From positions 13,642,735-13,706,734 of the forward strand of contig CM119266.1 of assembly GCA_051294375.1 (NCBI GenBank): a DNA stretch of 64,000 nucleotides, written 5' to 3'. The DNA is from Paraspadella gotoi. Lineage: Eukaryota > Animalia > Chaetognatha. The translations under genes were made by a program, and so were the position numbers. Shown here one piece after another: positions 49,901 to 62,004 of the stretch. Positions within the stretch are counted from its first letter, which is position 1. Each line of letters starts with the position of its first letter. The notes beneath the pieces were generated by a model. The model was not told where the DNA came from. It saw nothing but the letters and a program-made list of their open reading frames with translations, and did no database searches.

Positions 49901-52639
49901 GGGTTTACTCTATGTGACCCTAAAGAAGGGTAAAGCGCATCTCCTCGGGCCAAGTGCCTCAACGTAGGGAGATTATTTTGACCCCAGATGGCGATGAGTT
50001 TGGCCTTGGGTCGACAAAGGCTCTTTTTGCAGAAGACTTTTCGACGATTTTTGTTTCGGCAACTTGAATTTTTATTTCGACACGATATGGAAAAAACTTA
50101 TTGCCACGACCCGTTTCCGACGCACGCCGACTCACGCCAACGGTGGCCAACTCACAGCCACCCATTCTTAAACCCCCTGGTGTATCACCTTCTCGGAATT
50201 TTGACGATTTTGACGACGCAATTTAAAGGCGGAGTTTTTCAAGGCAATTTGTAGCCGGCGAGAGAAGAAAAGAAAGTAAGAAAAAAAAAAGGAAAAGGAA
50301 ATAACGACGACGACGACGAAGAATTTCGTCGCGGGGCGAAATTCTCTCGGGTCTCATTCCGCGTCGCTTAGCCTCGCTCCCCGGGAGAGTTTTTCGGCGT
50401 CGAGGTCCGACGAGGCGCGCGCCCATGCGCAAAGGGTGACGCATGAAGGGGAGCGGCTGTAGGGACGTTGGGAAGGGGCGAGGGAGACGAAGGTGAGGCG
50501 AGTACGCGGGCCAAAAGTGGGCGGGGCTAAAGAGTAATTGGGCGAAAGAGAAATGAAAAGAAACGAAAGGAAAATTTGGAATGTTGGCGGTCGGACACGA
50601 TAAAGTGTTTGTTTGTTTGTTTGTTATTTTTAACGATGTTACGATATGCCAAATAAAATATTTTATTAATATGGCACACAAGCAGCCGGACAAGTTAGGC
50701 TCAAACATGCTGCTGGGACTAAATAATAGTATATAATAATAAATATAGTATCAGGATACTTATCAGTTTATTTATTTAGAAACTCCATTTGATTACGAAT
50801 TCTTACAAAGGTCACCGTTACTCATAAATATTTTTTTTTATTTTGTTAAAGGGCGAAACAAAATCATCAATAAAAAAATCTATTTTCCGTTTGTTTGTTT
50901 TGATGAGAAGTTACATCGCATCCTGTTTTTTTTTCATTCGCGGCGCAAAAACTGAAACGCGAAACCCGTTTCTTTGATAAACCTGATGTAGAGTTTTATC
51001 GATGTATCCGGTTTTGCTATTTTTTTTTTGTCGCGTCGATTGTTTGTTTTTCTCTTATCTTTTATTTTCCACACGTTGAATCGAAACACAANNNNNNNNN
51101 NNNNNNNNNNNNNNNNNNNNNNNNNNNNNNNNNNNNNNNNNNNNNNNNNNNNNNNNNNNNNNNNNNNNNNNNNNNNNNNNNNNNNNNNNNNNNNNNNNNN
51201 NNNNNNNNNNNNNNNNNNNNNNNNNNNNNNNNNNNNNNNNNNNNNNNNNNNNNNNNNNNNNNNNNNNNNNNNNNNNNNNNNNNNNNNNNNNNNNNNNNNN
51301 NNNNNNNNNNNNNNNNNNNNNNNNNNNNNNNNNNNNNNNNNNNNNNNNNNNNNNNNNNNNNNNNNNNNNNNNNNNNNNNNNNNNNNNNNNNNNNNNNNNN
51401 NNNNNNNNNNNNNNNNNNNNNNNNNNNNNNNNNNNNNNNNNNNNNNNNNNNNNNNNNNNNNNNNNNNNNNNNNNNNNNNNNNNNNNNNNNNNNNNNNNNN
51501 NNNNNNNNNNNNNNNNNNNNNNNNNNNNNNNNNNNNNNNNNNNNNNNNNNNNNNNNNNNNNNNNNNNNNNNNNNNNNNNNNNNNNNNNNNNNNNNNNNNN
51601 NNNNNNNNNNNNNNNNNNNNNNNNNNNNNNNNNNNNNNNNNNNNNNNNNNNNNNNNNNNNNNNNNNNNNNNNNNNNNNNNNNNNNNNNNNNNNNNNNNNN
51701 NNNNNNNNNNNNNNNNNNNNNNNNNNNNNNNNNNNNNNNNNNNNNNNNNNNNNNNNNAACAATTTTTTTCATCGAATTTTGTATAAAGTGGACCCAAAAA
51801 ATCTGGGCAGAAGAAATTCCCAATTGTTTGTCTTCGCGGCTAAAATTTGGCAGATGGCGGGAAATCGAGGACCGAATGGAAAAACCGAGGACGAACTTCC
51901 TGCCCGCCCCTTCGTCGATGACAAAGACGACGACGACGACGACGACGACCGGGAGGACGACGACGGCAAGGAAGAGGACGACAATAACAGGGATGAGAAC
52001 GAAAGAGGAAAAAGATGATACGGAGTAAACGATTTTAGAAAAAAGAAAAATAACGACGACAATGGTGACTGTGAATGTCCCGACGTCCCAAAGAACTTTT
52101 GATTAAAAGAGAATATACATATTTCTGTAAATAATAAATAAATAAATAAAATTCGATCAAACTGTGATACATCTTTGACCGAGTTAGTTGTGTTTACTTG
52201 TCATATATTATATCGAGAAAGGAATGACGTTTTTTTAACAACGCTTATCTCTTGTCAGAAAAAAAGAATTCTCTTTTTCGATTGTCACTTTTGTTTTTAC
52301 TCATTCGTGAGAGAGACCATAGTAGATGGTTTTATTGTCAAAAATTTTAAGAAAAGATAATCGATTTCCTTCGAAATAAAACGATTTATTTATTTATTTA
52401 TTTATATTTCAAGCGTTAAATATGAATCCACGATGAAAAAAAAAAATTAATAGTCCATTTTCTTTCTTTTTATACAAATAGAAGACAGATGTTTCCGCTG
52501 GAGTCGGACGCAGAAAAGGCGCGCATAAAATTTATCGATGTTTGGGAGGCGAAACCTTGTCCCTCTTACCGACGTTTATACGTTTGTTATGACCCTCGTT
52601 CCGCGGGCCATGTCTCTCTCTCTTACTTCTTTCTTTCTC

Positions 52640-52683
<44 letters not shown>

Positions 52684-52871
52684 TATCTTTCTTTCTCTTC
52701 TTTCCTTTCTTTTTCTCTTTCTTCTTTCTTTTTCATTTCCTTTACCTTTCTTTCTTTATTTCACACGCCCACTTTTTTCTCCATCAATAATGGGATCCAA
52801 AGGGAATCACAAGGTGGCTCACACTCTCTTTCGCATCTCCCTCGTCAAAATCTACTTCCCTTTCCCTCCTT

Positions 52872-52930
<59 letters not shown>

Positions 52931-53155
52931 ACTCTCTTCTCTCTCTCTCTTCTCTCTATCACCGTTAATTCACGACTTCAAACAAAAAGGCCCGGCGCGT
53001 GTTTCCTTTTCCCTCGCCGGCGTTCGCGTTCGCGTTTCGCGTATTGCGCGTTCGTCCTCGTTTTTATTCGCGGATTCCGTCGTTTTTTTTATTGTTTTCT
53101 TTCTCTGCCCTGATTTATGTCGCTCGAATTCGCCTTTGAAACAATCCTCTCTCTT

Positions 53156-53239
<84 letters not shown>

Positions 53240-54270
53240 TTTTAACTCGTCTTTCCGTCGGTTGAAGGTGCTCTTAACGATGTTTCTTCTAGGACCGCCG
53301 TCGAAATTTCCTCCTTGAGTATTTCGTTCTTTCTTCTCTTTTCTTCCTCAATTTTCCCATCCAGTCCTTATCTACTTTCGCGCTGTCTCCACTCTTTCCC
53401 CCTGCACCCTCTCCCCACCCGCCAACCTCCCTTAATTCCCGTTCACCCCACCTTCCTCCTCCTACCCGCCCTTAAACCTCCGTGAACTCAATCACACAGA
53501 AAAACGGCGAATCTTCCAAAGACGAGTCCCAAGTTCTTCTCGGTTTTCGCCAATGATTTGTTTGTTTACGGCGTGAGTTACGTGGTTTTTTTTCCCGCGG
53601 CCGAGTCGGGTCTGGCGGCAGCGTCGACAGAGTAGGCAGAGTCGTGCAGCGTCGGCAGAAGTGTGAGACCTTCCGGTCCCGTTTAACTGAGAGTCGTTTT
53701 AAAGCAAAGTGCTTTGGCGAGAATTTTTTTTTTTTTTCAAGAGGGAAGCAATTTCCAAGTTAAGTATTTTGGGTATGAATTCTGGTGAAGTCGAATCACG
53801 GGTAAAGGGAAGGTGTGAACTCACTTCACTGCCACCTATAAGGAAAAAAAAAACGTTCCCCTTTTTTCGAAAGGAAGAAATAAAAAACTCAGAAAACCGT
53901 TTTCTAAATGACACTTCGGGATTTAAAACATTTTATAAATAAATTCGTTACATATCGATCGCTAAATTTTGAACGAGGTAAAGTTATAAGAAATCCAAAT
54001 AAACAATTGGATCAGCATCTTCTGGCGCGTAAAGTTTTGGGTCGTAATTTCTTTGAAACGCACGTGGATTCGGCGTCGTATTGGTTTATTTACGCAGTTT
54101 TCTTCGCCTCATCGATCTTCCTTTTCGGGGTCGTCTCTTTCCTTCGCTCGCCTTTTACGAGGCGACTTGCGGTGAAAGACCTCGTGTTGCCAACGCCGTT
54201 GGATCCGAATGTCTGGTTTCGGTCAGAAGTGACGTTGTTGGATATTTAATGGTCGTCGGTCATCGGTCAT

Positions 54271-54386
54271 CATTCATTCACTTTTTCATTCATTCATTCA
54301 TTCATTCATTCATTCATTCATTCATTCATTCATTCATTCATTCATTCATTCATTCATTCATTCATTCATTCATTCATTCATTCATT
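54271..54386. repeat. (CATT)n microsatellite
   Basis: Seen directly in the sequence. Confidence 0.95.
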
Positions 54387-54391
54387 TTGAA

Positions 54392-54422
54392 ATGAAATTG
54401 GTACAACCAATTTAAAAATTAT
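54392..54422 (-). repeat. Dispersed hairpin repeat, copy 2
   Basis: Reverse complement ATAATTTTTAAATTGGTTGTACCAATTTCAT is identical to 57931-57961. Confidence 0.75.
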
Positions 54423-54612
54423 AAATATCATTACATAACTTTAATATTATATAACTTTAATATAATAAGTTTATAAATAATTATGATTATTAACGTATTT
54501 TTTTCTTTGTACTCTCTTTTCAGAGCAGATTCTTTTTTTTTCAATTTTAATCACGGAAAGCGAAGATGATGTTAAAGTCGCATTCCCGATTGACGTTTAA
54601 TTAACGTCGTCG

Positions 54613-54643
<31 letters not shown>

Positions 54644-56715
54644 GGGCATCGTTATCGTTGCCATGGTTTCGTCTTCGTCGCCGATCGCTTCCGATCCTTA
54701 GTCAAGGTGAACCAGATTTTTCATCTTTTCTTCCTTTTTCGTTTCGAAACTTTTTTCTCCTTTTTTTCGTTTTCCGGCCTTGGAACAAGATTCCGGTGCT
54801 CTATTACTTCCCGGTTTTCTCTCCTTTTTGTAACCTATTTTTTGTTCCTTATTTTTCGTCTCAATTTTCTTTTTTTCCTTAATTATTTTTTTCCTTCCGA
54901 AATCTGGGACAAGATATTTTTCTTTTTCCTTTTGTTGTTTTTTTTTCGCCTCCTCCCGTCAGCTACGTATACCATATTATTGTATTATATTACTATTAAT
55001 ACTATTATTACTATTATAAGCGAATTATTTTTCTTCTTGTATAGGGTTTAAAATTTATATTTTGATTAAATATTACTATCGAATCATATTAAACAGATTT
55101 ATCACATTGAACATCATTCGATCAAACTAAAAAAAAAAAAAAAAGAAAACACAAGGAAAACTGAACCAAAACAAATCCAAAACAATAACTCTCCGAACGA
55201 ATGGGACGAACTGCGGGCTTTCCCCTCCTCCCTCATCCTTTTTTTCTCCTCATCCTCTTCCCGCTCCTTTAATTTCCCTGTTGTGACCCATTTTCCAAGA
55301 TTGTCCCGACTTTCCTTGTTTTTGTCCCCCTGGGCGAAGGAATGAATCTATTCCCCCCCCCTATTTTGAATCCCCCCCTCTTCCAACTCCTTTTCTCCCC
55401 ATTCTGTCTTCGAACTTTTTCTTTTTCTGTCTTTCTCTCTTTGTTTTTTCCCCCATTTTCTTTCCCTTTCCGGGCAAACCCAAAAGTTGTTGTTCTTTTT
55501 CCTCTTACCTTTTTTTTTTGAGGGGTGCAGGGGCATACAATGCCGTTCTAGTTTTCTTCTTTCTGTCAAGGGCTCACGATTAGACCCGACAATGAACGAG
55601 TAGACCTGACAATGAAATGAGCAAATCCGACACATTTCCCGTTTTGGTCATGAATACGGAATTCATAGATGAATAAAATGGAGCGGGATTTTCAAATTCG
55701 GTTCCATTATTCTAATCGAGTCTCGTAGGAGAGAAAACCCATTTCAAGACGCGAGGAAAAAGGAAGAACAAGAGAAGGTGAGGAAAAGTCGATTCCAGGA
55801 ATGGATATGATGGATATGACCAATGTGAGCGGAAATAAAAATAATTTAGATGTTAATTTTATGAGTATTAATAGAAGATAACTGTTATATGTGTTTTTCA
55901 ATAGATTACAACTTTTAAAAAAACCTCTTGGAAAAATGAATTTAAAGAAGCTTTTACAAATAATTCTCCTCTCTCGCATTAACTTTAATTCCTGAAAAAA
56001 AATCCATATTTGTTTTTAAAAAACCAAGGCTCAATTGTCAATTTGAAAAATAAACAAAAGATGTGAACGAGAAGTAATCTTAATCTTAACTAAAGCAATA
56101 TTGCTTATTTTTATGAACCTTTTATGTTCAGATTTTTAAAACAAATTTCGCTCGTAGAAGGAAAAAAAAAGAAATTAAAGAAAAAAAACAAAAACAAAAA
56201 CAAACGCGGAATATCAAATCGTCCAATTTGCTACGAAGAGTCGTTAATCCTTTGTTTTTTTTTTACGATGCAAATGAAATAAATTATGATAAATTCAATC
56301 ACGCCTGGTTGAGAGAGCGAGAATGAGATTGAGATGTACTAAGATGTAGAGAGAAAGAATAGAGGAAGGAAAATGGAGGCGGAGATAAAAAAGAAAAAAA
56401 AGAAAAAAAAAGAAAAACATTAGAGTGTTAAAGAGAGATAAGAGGAGAGGAGACTGGATATAAAGGAATATTCAATGAGACATTCTGTCATTAAATTCTC
56501 AAGCTTAATTAATAATTATCTACCCCGACGTGAGAAGTCCTTGAAATTTCAAACGTTTCGAAATCGAAATTGTTAAAAGCTTTTTTAAAAAATCACTACA
56601 TATCTCTGCAATTTAAAAGCCAAACAATTTTAATTCAACCTTAGCACACCTACCCACCCTTTTATACGGATCAAATTCGTTCAGCAAAAAATTTTATGTA
56701 CTTAAATCGCCTCTC

Positions 56716-56718
<3 letters not shown>

Positions 56719-56790
<72 letters not shown>

Positions 56791-57052
56791 GAAGAGCGTA
56801 AAATTTTTTATCCTTGTGAATCGGAATTCCCTTCTCTTCATTATTCATTCTTCTTCTCACCCTTCGGTTTACAGAGTAAGGAGGGCAAACTGTTTCCGTC
56901 TCTCTCACTCTCTATTTCGGTCTTCTTACTTTCTGTTTGTCTCACCCATGTCTCTTTTGTCTCTTTCTCACTCTCTCTCTTTCTCTTTTTCCGTCGCTCG
57001 CATCAACTTCCAAGGGAACTAAAGTGGCAAATTTTCCCCAGAGAATGTCTCT

Positions 57053-57139
<87 letters not shown>
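56719..57139. repeat. (CT)n tracts at 56719-56788 and 57055-57139
   Basis: Seen directly in the sequence. Confidence 0.95.
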
Positions 57140-57142
<3 letters not shown>

Positions 57143-57920
57143 ACTTTTTCTGGTTTATCTTTAAAACCCCGAGTAATGATGAAGCATTGTAAGTTGGTTT
57201 ACCAGGTGGATTATTTTTCAGTTAGTTGACCGGAAGTATTTTAAGAAAAAAGATACAGTTTAAAATTCAGTCCATGGATTTTTTTAAACTTACCCTCATT
57301 ACAGTATGTTCTTTTCATATTGTAATGTCGATAAAAAAAAGATTGCGACACAGTGAGAAACAAGAGAATAATTATCGATTTTTTAAAACGGAGCCGAGCA
57401 ATTTCCTCATTGAATAAATTAAATAAAATATACAATGACATTTTCTAATGAAAAAATATTGCAGAGATTAGAATTTTTCCGCCTAGGTAATAGAAAAGAA
57501 AAAGAGAAAAAGAAAAAACCGTAAAAAGACTCACAAGAAAATTTTACGAAAAAATAACAAAAAAATATAAACAAAAGGAAAAAAAAACAAAACAAAACAA
57601 AAAACAGAAAAAAAGTTTCTACTGAGAAAATGAAGACACGTAAAACAAAACAAACGATTAGATCCTCGAGAAAAGAGAAATAAAACGAGACTTTAATTTT
57701 CGTTTTCCTTTCTCTTTTTCTTTCGTGTTTTGTTTTGTTTTGTCTTTTTTTTTTAAAGATTTGTTTTTCAGGAAGACAAACGGACGACATCAACGCGGCG
57801 GGCAAATTGAGGAGAAACGGGGTCGTTGAGCTGTCGGGAAGACTCGTTTGTTTTCATGAAATGTACCTTTTGTTTTTTATCTTTTCTTTCGTGAGAAGGC
57901 TCAAAACTTAAACGTTTATT

Positions 57921-57961
57921 AAATGAATGGATAATTTTTAAATTGGTTGTACCAATTTCAT
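57921..57961 (+). repeat. Dispersed hairpin repeat, copy 3
   Basis: Contains the stem-loop AAATTGGT-TGT-ACCAATTT. Confidence 0.75.
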
Positions 57962-58315
57962 GTTATTATCAACCCAGGAAACGGATTGTTCATTTTGCTT
58001 GTCTCGTAATAAACAGTAATAAATTTCGAATCCTTTCTTAGTTGTTTCTTTCAAATAATAAAGACTATGGTATTTTATCAAATATTTTAGGGGATAACAA
58101 TAATTACGATTATCAGTTAAAATGTAAGACGACAACAAGCCGCTCCTGTCTCTTGTCTCTTGTCTCTGACGAGTTGTGTTCATTAGGAAATTGGGAGGAT
58201 GATGATGAAGCGAGTAACATTCTTGGAATGATTGGTTGAGAACACGAACGTGATTGGCCGATAGAACAAAAGGCGTGGGAGCGGTCGGGAATAGCGATCA
58301 TCTTATAAGGGTTGG

Positions 58316-58383
58316 GATGAGATGAGATGAGATGAGATGAGATGAGATGAGATGAGATGAGATGAGATGAGATGAGATGAGAT
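58316..58383. repeat. (GATGA)n pentamer repeat
   Basis: Seen directly in the sequence. Confidence 0.95.
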
Positions 58384-59657
58384 AGAAACGAAATAGAAAC
58401 AAAAGAAATAGAGGATTCGAAGAAATAACCGGATTTTAAGTTAACAAAATAACAAATTAAAAAACAAATATTCCGAGGAGGTCGTTGTCAGAACAATCGA
58501 AGACGTGGCGAGTTGCGTTGGCGAGAAGCGGTGGCGCTGGTGGCGAGCAGTCATTGAACGGGAGGGGGGCGGCGGTAACGGCGTTATTAAGCGAGACGAA
58601 ATGGCGGGAATCGAGTAAGAGAGAAATATAAAAAGGGGATGCCGCCGATGCCGCCGAAGCCGCCGATGCCTTAATTGATGCCCACGTGACCGAAGAAAAC
58701 GAGAGCAATTTGCGCGGGAGCGAAAATTGCCAGATGTCGTTCCTTTCGTTATTCGGTCTAAAAATATAATAGATTCCGTTGGTGATTATCCGGAGGATTA
58801 AAGCAACAACATAAAAACAAAATGAAAACAATAACAACAACAACGACCAGATCCGGGTTCCGTCCCGCTACATCGCGACGTCCGCTTCAGGACGGGTTCT
58901 CCTCTGAGACTCGATGAGGCGCGAAAACCAACACTCGATTCCTACCTGAGTGACGATGACTAATGACGATGAAGGCGACGACGAAAACGACGATGACGAT
59001 GAAGGCGACTATGGTGAAATTAACGATGAATACACCAGTACCAATAAGGATCACTTGGGAGATAATAGCTATGATGACAAACATGGTGATGGAAATTTTA
59101 AAAAAAGCCAAAAACCATATTAAAAACGACTATAAAATATACATAAATGAAAATGAAAGGATAATGATAGATAAAAATAATAATACAATTTAAATGATGG
59201 TAAAATTGACTACAAAAACGTCTATGACGATATACTAAATCAATGAAAACGAAGATGAAGAAGAACGACGATGAAAACGACGACGTAAACGACGACGACG
59301 ACGGAGATGACAATGGACCCTTTTAGAATCCAGGGCGTAGTTATGGCGAAAAGAGAAAGAGGTTGAGAACAAAAAGACAAAAGGACATCGGACTCCGACT
59401 TGACGAAGAATGAAAGAAAAATACAAACAAGAAGCGGGAAGGCGTTCCGCACTTTCACAGTCGGCGTGAATAGAGGCTCATAACGCTCGGCGTATTTCGT
59501 ACTGATTTTTACGTCTGATTTTAGCTCTGAAGATTGAGCATCTGAGTGATTTTAAGGAATTTCAACGTCCGCATTTCGATACTATTATTGAATATTCGAA
59601 TATGCTTAAATGCTCCCGTCTACGTTACAATATAGAATGTGAATTCACTGCAGCAAA

Positions 59658-61620
59658 ACCCGCGAATTTAAAAAAAGCTTTTTCCCCCATCGGTGAACGG
59701 ACTGGACTCGTGAAAGTCAAGTCGTTGAGACATAGAGACCTCGGAGGCGTCGGTAAGAGGGATTGGGTGAGGGAACCGGCTGAGGGGGCGGGGGGGTTGG
59801 AGTGGGAGAGCGAACCGGAAAGATCGTTGCTTCGCCTTCGAGTTAATTACTCGGATACTACATCGTCGTCGTTTCCGTGGTCGTCGTTTTCGTCGTCGTC
59901 GCCGTCGTCGTCGTTGTCTCACCGATCGTAATTGTCTCGCGTTCTTTTCACCCGTTTTGATTCACGATCGAGACGCGGCGATGTTAACGGAGGAAAGAGG
60001 AGAAAGGAGGCCTCACATGGAGGCTTCTCACAAAAGACTCCGTTGTAAGCCACACCTTTTTAAATTTTCCAAACTCAACACAAGGGTGTGCCTCGTTTTC
60101 AGAGGAGGCGGCCGAGGTCTCGTAAGATTTTCTCAACTTTGATTTTTCGAAAAACAACGAAAACGAAAGTTAAACCAAGATTTTCACCGTCATTAATATA
60201 ACTGATTTTACAGATTTAACTTTGTATACCGTACGTATGTTGTCCCAACTGACGTTTTTAATTTTCTTACAATTTCGTTTCTAATCTCTCACTTTTTAAT
60301 TTCCAATGCTCCCTCCTCTTTTTTTCCAAACCGTCGAATTCGAGATCGGCGCTTTCCCGCCAAACGCCGCCTCCCCCAACTCTCCCCCCCCACACTCCCC
60401 CCTCCTCCTCTTCTCCGCTCCATTTTCCCCAAAGAGAAAATCGAGAAAATTCGGAAATTAGATTTTCCGAGAAATTAGATTCTTCCTCTTCCCCCCCACA
60501 CAACGAACCACAGCCCTCTCCACACCTAAAACTTACCGACCACGCCCATTTTTTTACCGGTCACTCCTACTTTCTCACCGACGTCTCTCCACTTCTTTTC
60601 CGTGTAACTTTTTGGCTCCATTTCCGGTCAAAAGGAAAACCCGACGCGGGACCAGGCGCCACGGGGAAACGCCACGGGGAGACGCAAGAATTATACGCCC
60701 GCGGGCAAACGGTTGGCGAAGACGCCATGCGGGGAACACTAAGCGTCAGTTTTAATTATGACAAATGGACATTTAATTGGATTTAAAAAAAAAAATAATT
60801 CAAATAATTAATAGTTTGTGGATTGGAGGGATCAAAAGTTCTCTTTCAGAACATGCCCAAATAAGACTTGTAACAAAGGAGACAATAAGTGAAATAAAAA
60901 CTGTGCAAGACCGAACAAAGAGCGACCAAAGCTGGTAACATATGAATGACGCGATTGTTCGTTGTTTGACGTTGAAAAAGCAACTGTGGAGGCGGGGGAC
61001 ATAAACCGGTTTCCGTCTTGGTCTTTGCTCGCTTGTTGTCGTCGCCGAGGCCGTCAACTCGTCCGTCAATCCTTTCCGTTCTTTCTCATTTCTTTACTTC
61101 CGATTATAATTCCTTCTAATCCGAGAAGCATTACTGACAAGTGACAGACATAAAAACGAAGAAAATCCCTTCTTTTCTCTCTTTTTTTCCCCCTCTCGTC
61201 GGATTTCTTTTTAAAGAATATTATTTATTTTTATGCTATCACATTTTTTTTCTTGCTCTTATACTTTTTTTTTATTTCACTTCTTTTCTTGTTTTTCTCT
61301 CATTTTTCTTCATCCCCGTTTTTTCCCCTTTAATCTCATTCTCGCTGGAGTCCGACGTGGAGACCGGGGATTTCATTTTTCGTACTGGTGGGCGGATGCG
61401 TTGGTGGCTGCTTGTCTGTATCTTGTCCGACCAAACGAGTTATTGTCGGGTGTGGATTGCTAATGATGGGCGGGATATTCGTAGTTGAATGATGACAGTT
61501 TAGCTGTCATGATTATTGATTACGAGGAACTTCGTAGCACTCTGTTGTAGGCTGCCAGGCTGCCAGGTCTGAGAGGAGCCAGCTCACGCAACCCAATCGT
61601 TAAATTCAACTTTCTTTTTT
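59658..61620 (+). repeat. Left arm of a further inverted duplication
   Basis: Reverse complement at ~62005-64000, continuing past the window edge; spacer ~385 bp. Confidence 0.95.
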
Positions 61621-62004
61621 GAATTACCCATTTAAAAAAAAAATTCAAAATTACATTTTTTTTTTCGGCTACGAAATTTTGATGAAGTGAGAGAAAATTT
61701 TAATTTTTTTCTCTCTCCCTTTATTTCATTCTCGCGAAGACAATCTTTCCAAGTCTTTCCGATTTCCGATGGAAAAACTCCGAATGTGATTTCTCTCCTC
61801 ATTCTCTCCAAACCGAAAAAAAAGAAAGAAAAAAGAAAGAAAAAATATTAATTTGGTGGTCAAAATGATTTTTGTTTCACCACGAATTTTTTTAATCATA
61901 GTAAACGTTACATTGTTTTCGGCTTTGTGATGCAAGCCTTCATACATGTAACGGTTTATATGATTAAAAAATTCGTTGTGAAACAAATGAATCAATTTGT
62001 GCCC

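Noticed and set aside
55693-55705. Partial miRNA-like strings (CAAATTCGGTTC, miR-10-3p-like; ACCCTGTAGA at ~1532; TCAGGATAC at ~50751, iab-4-like)
   Set aside because: Matches are only 9-12 nt with no partner arm or precursor hairpin.
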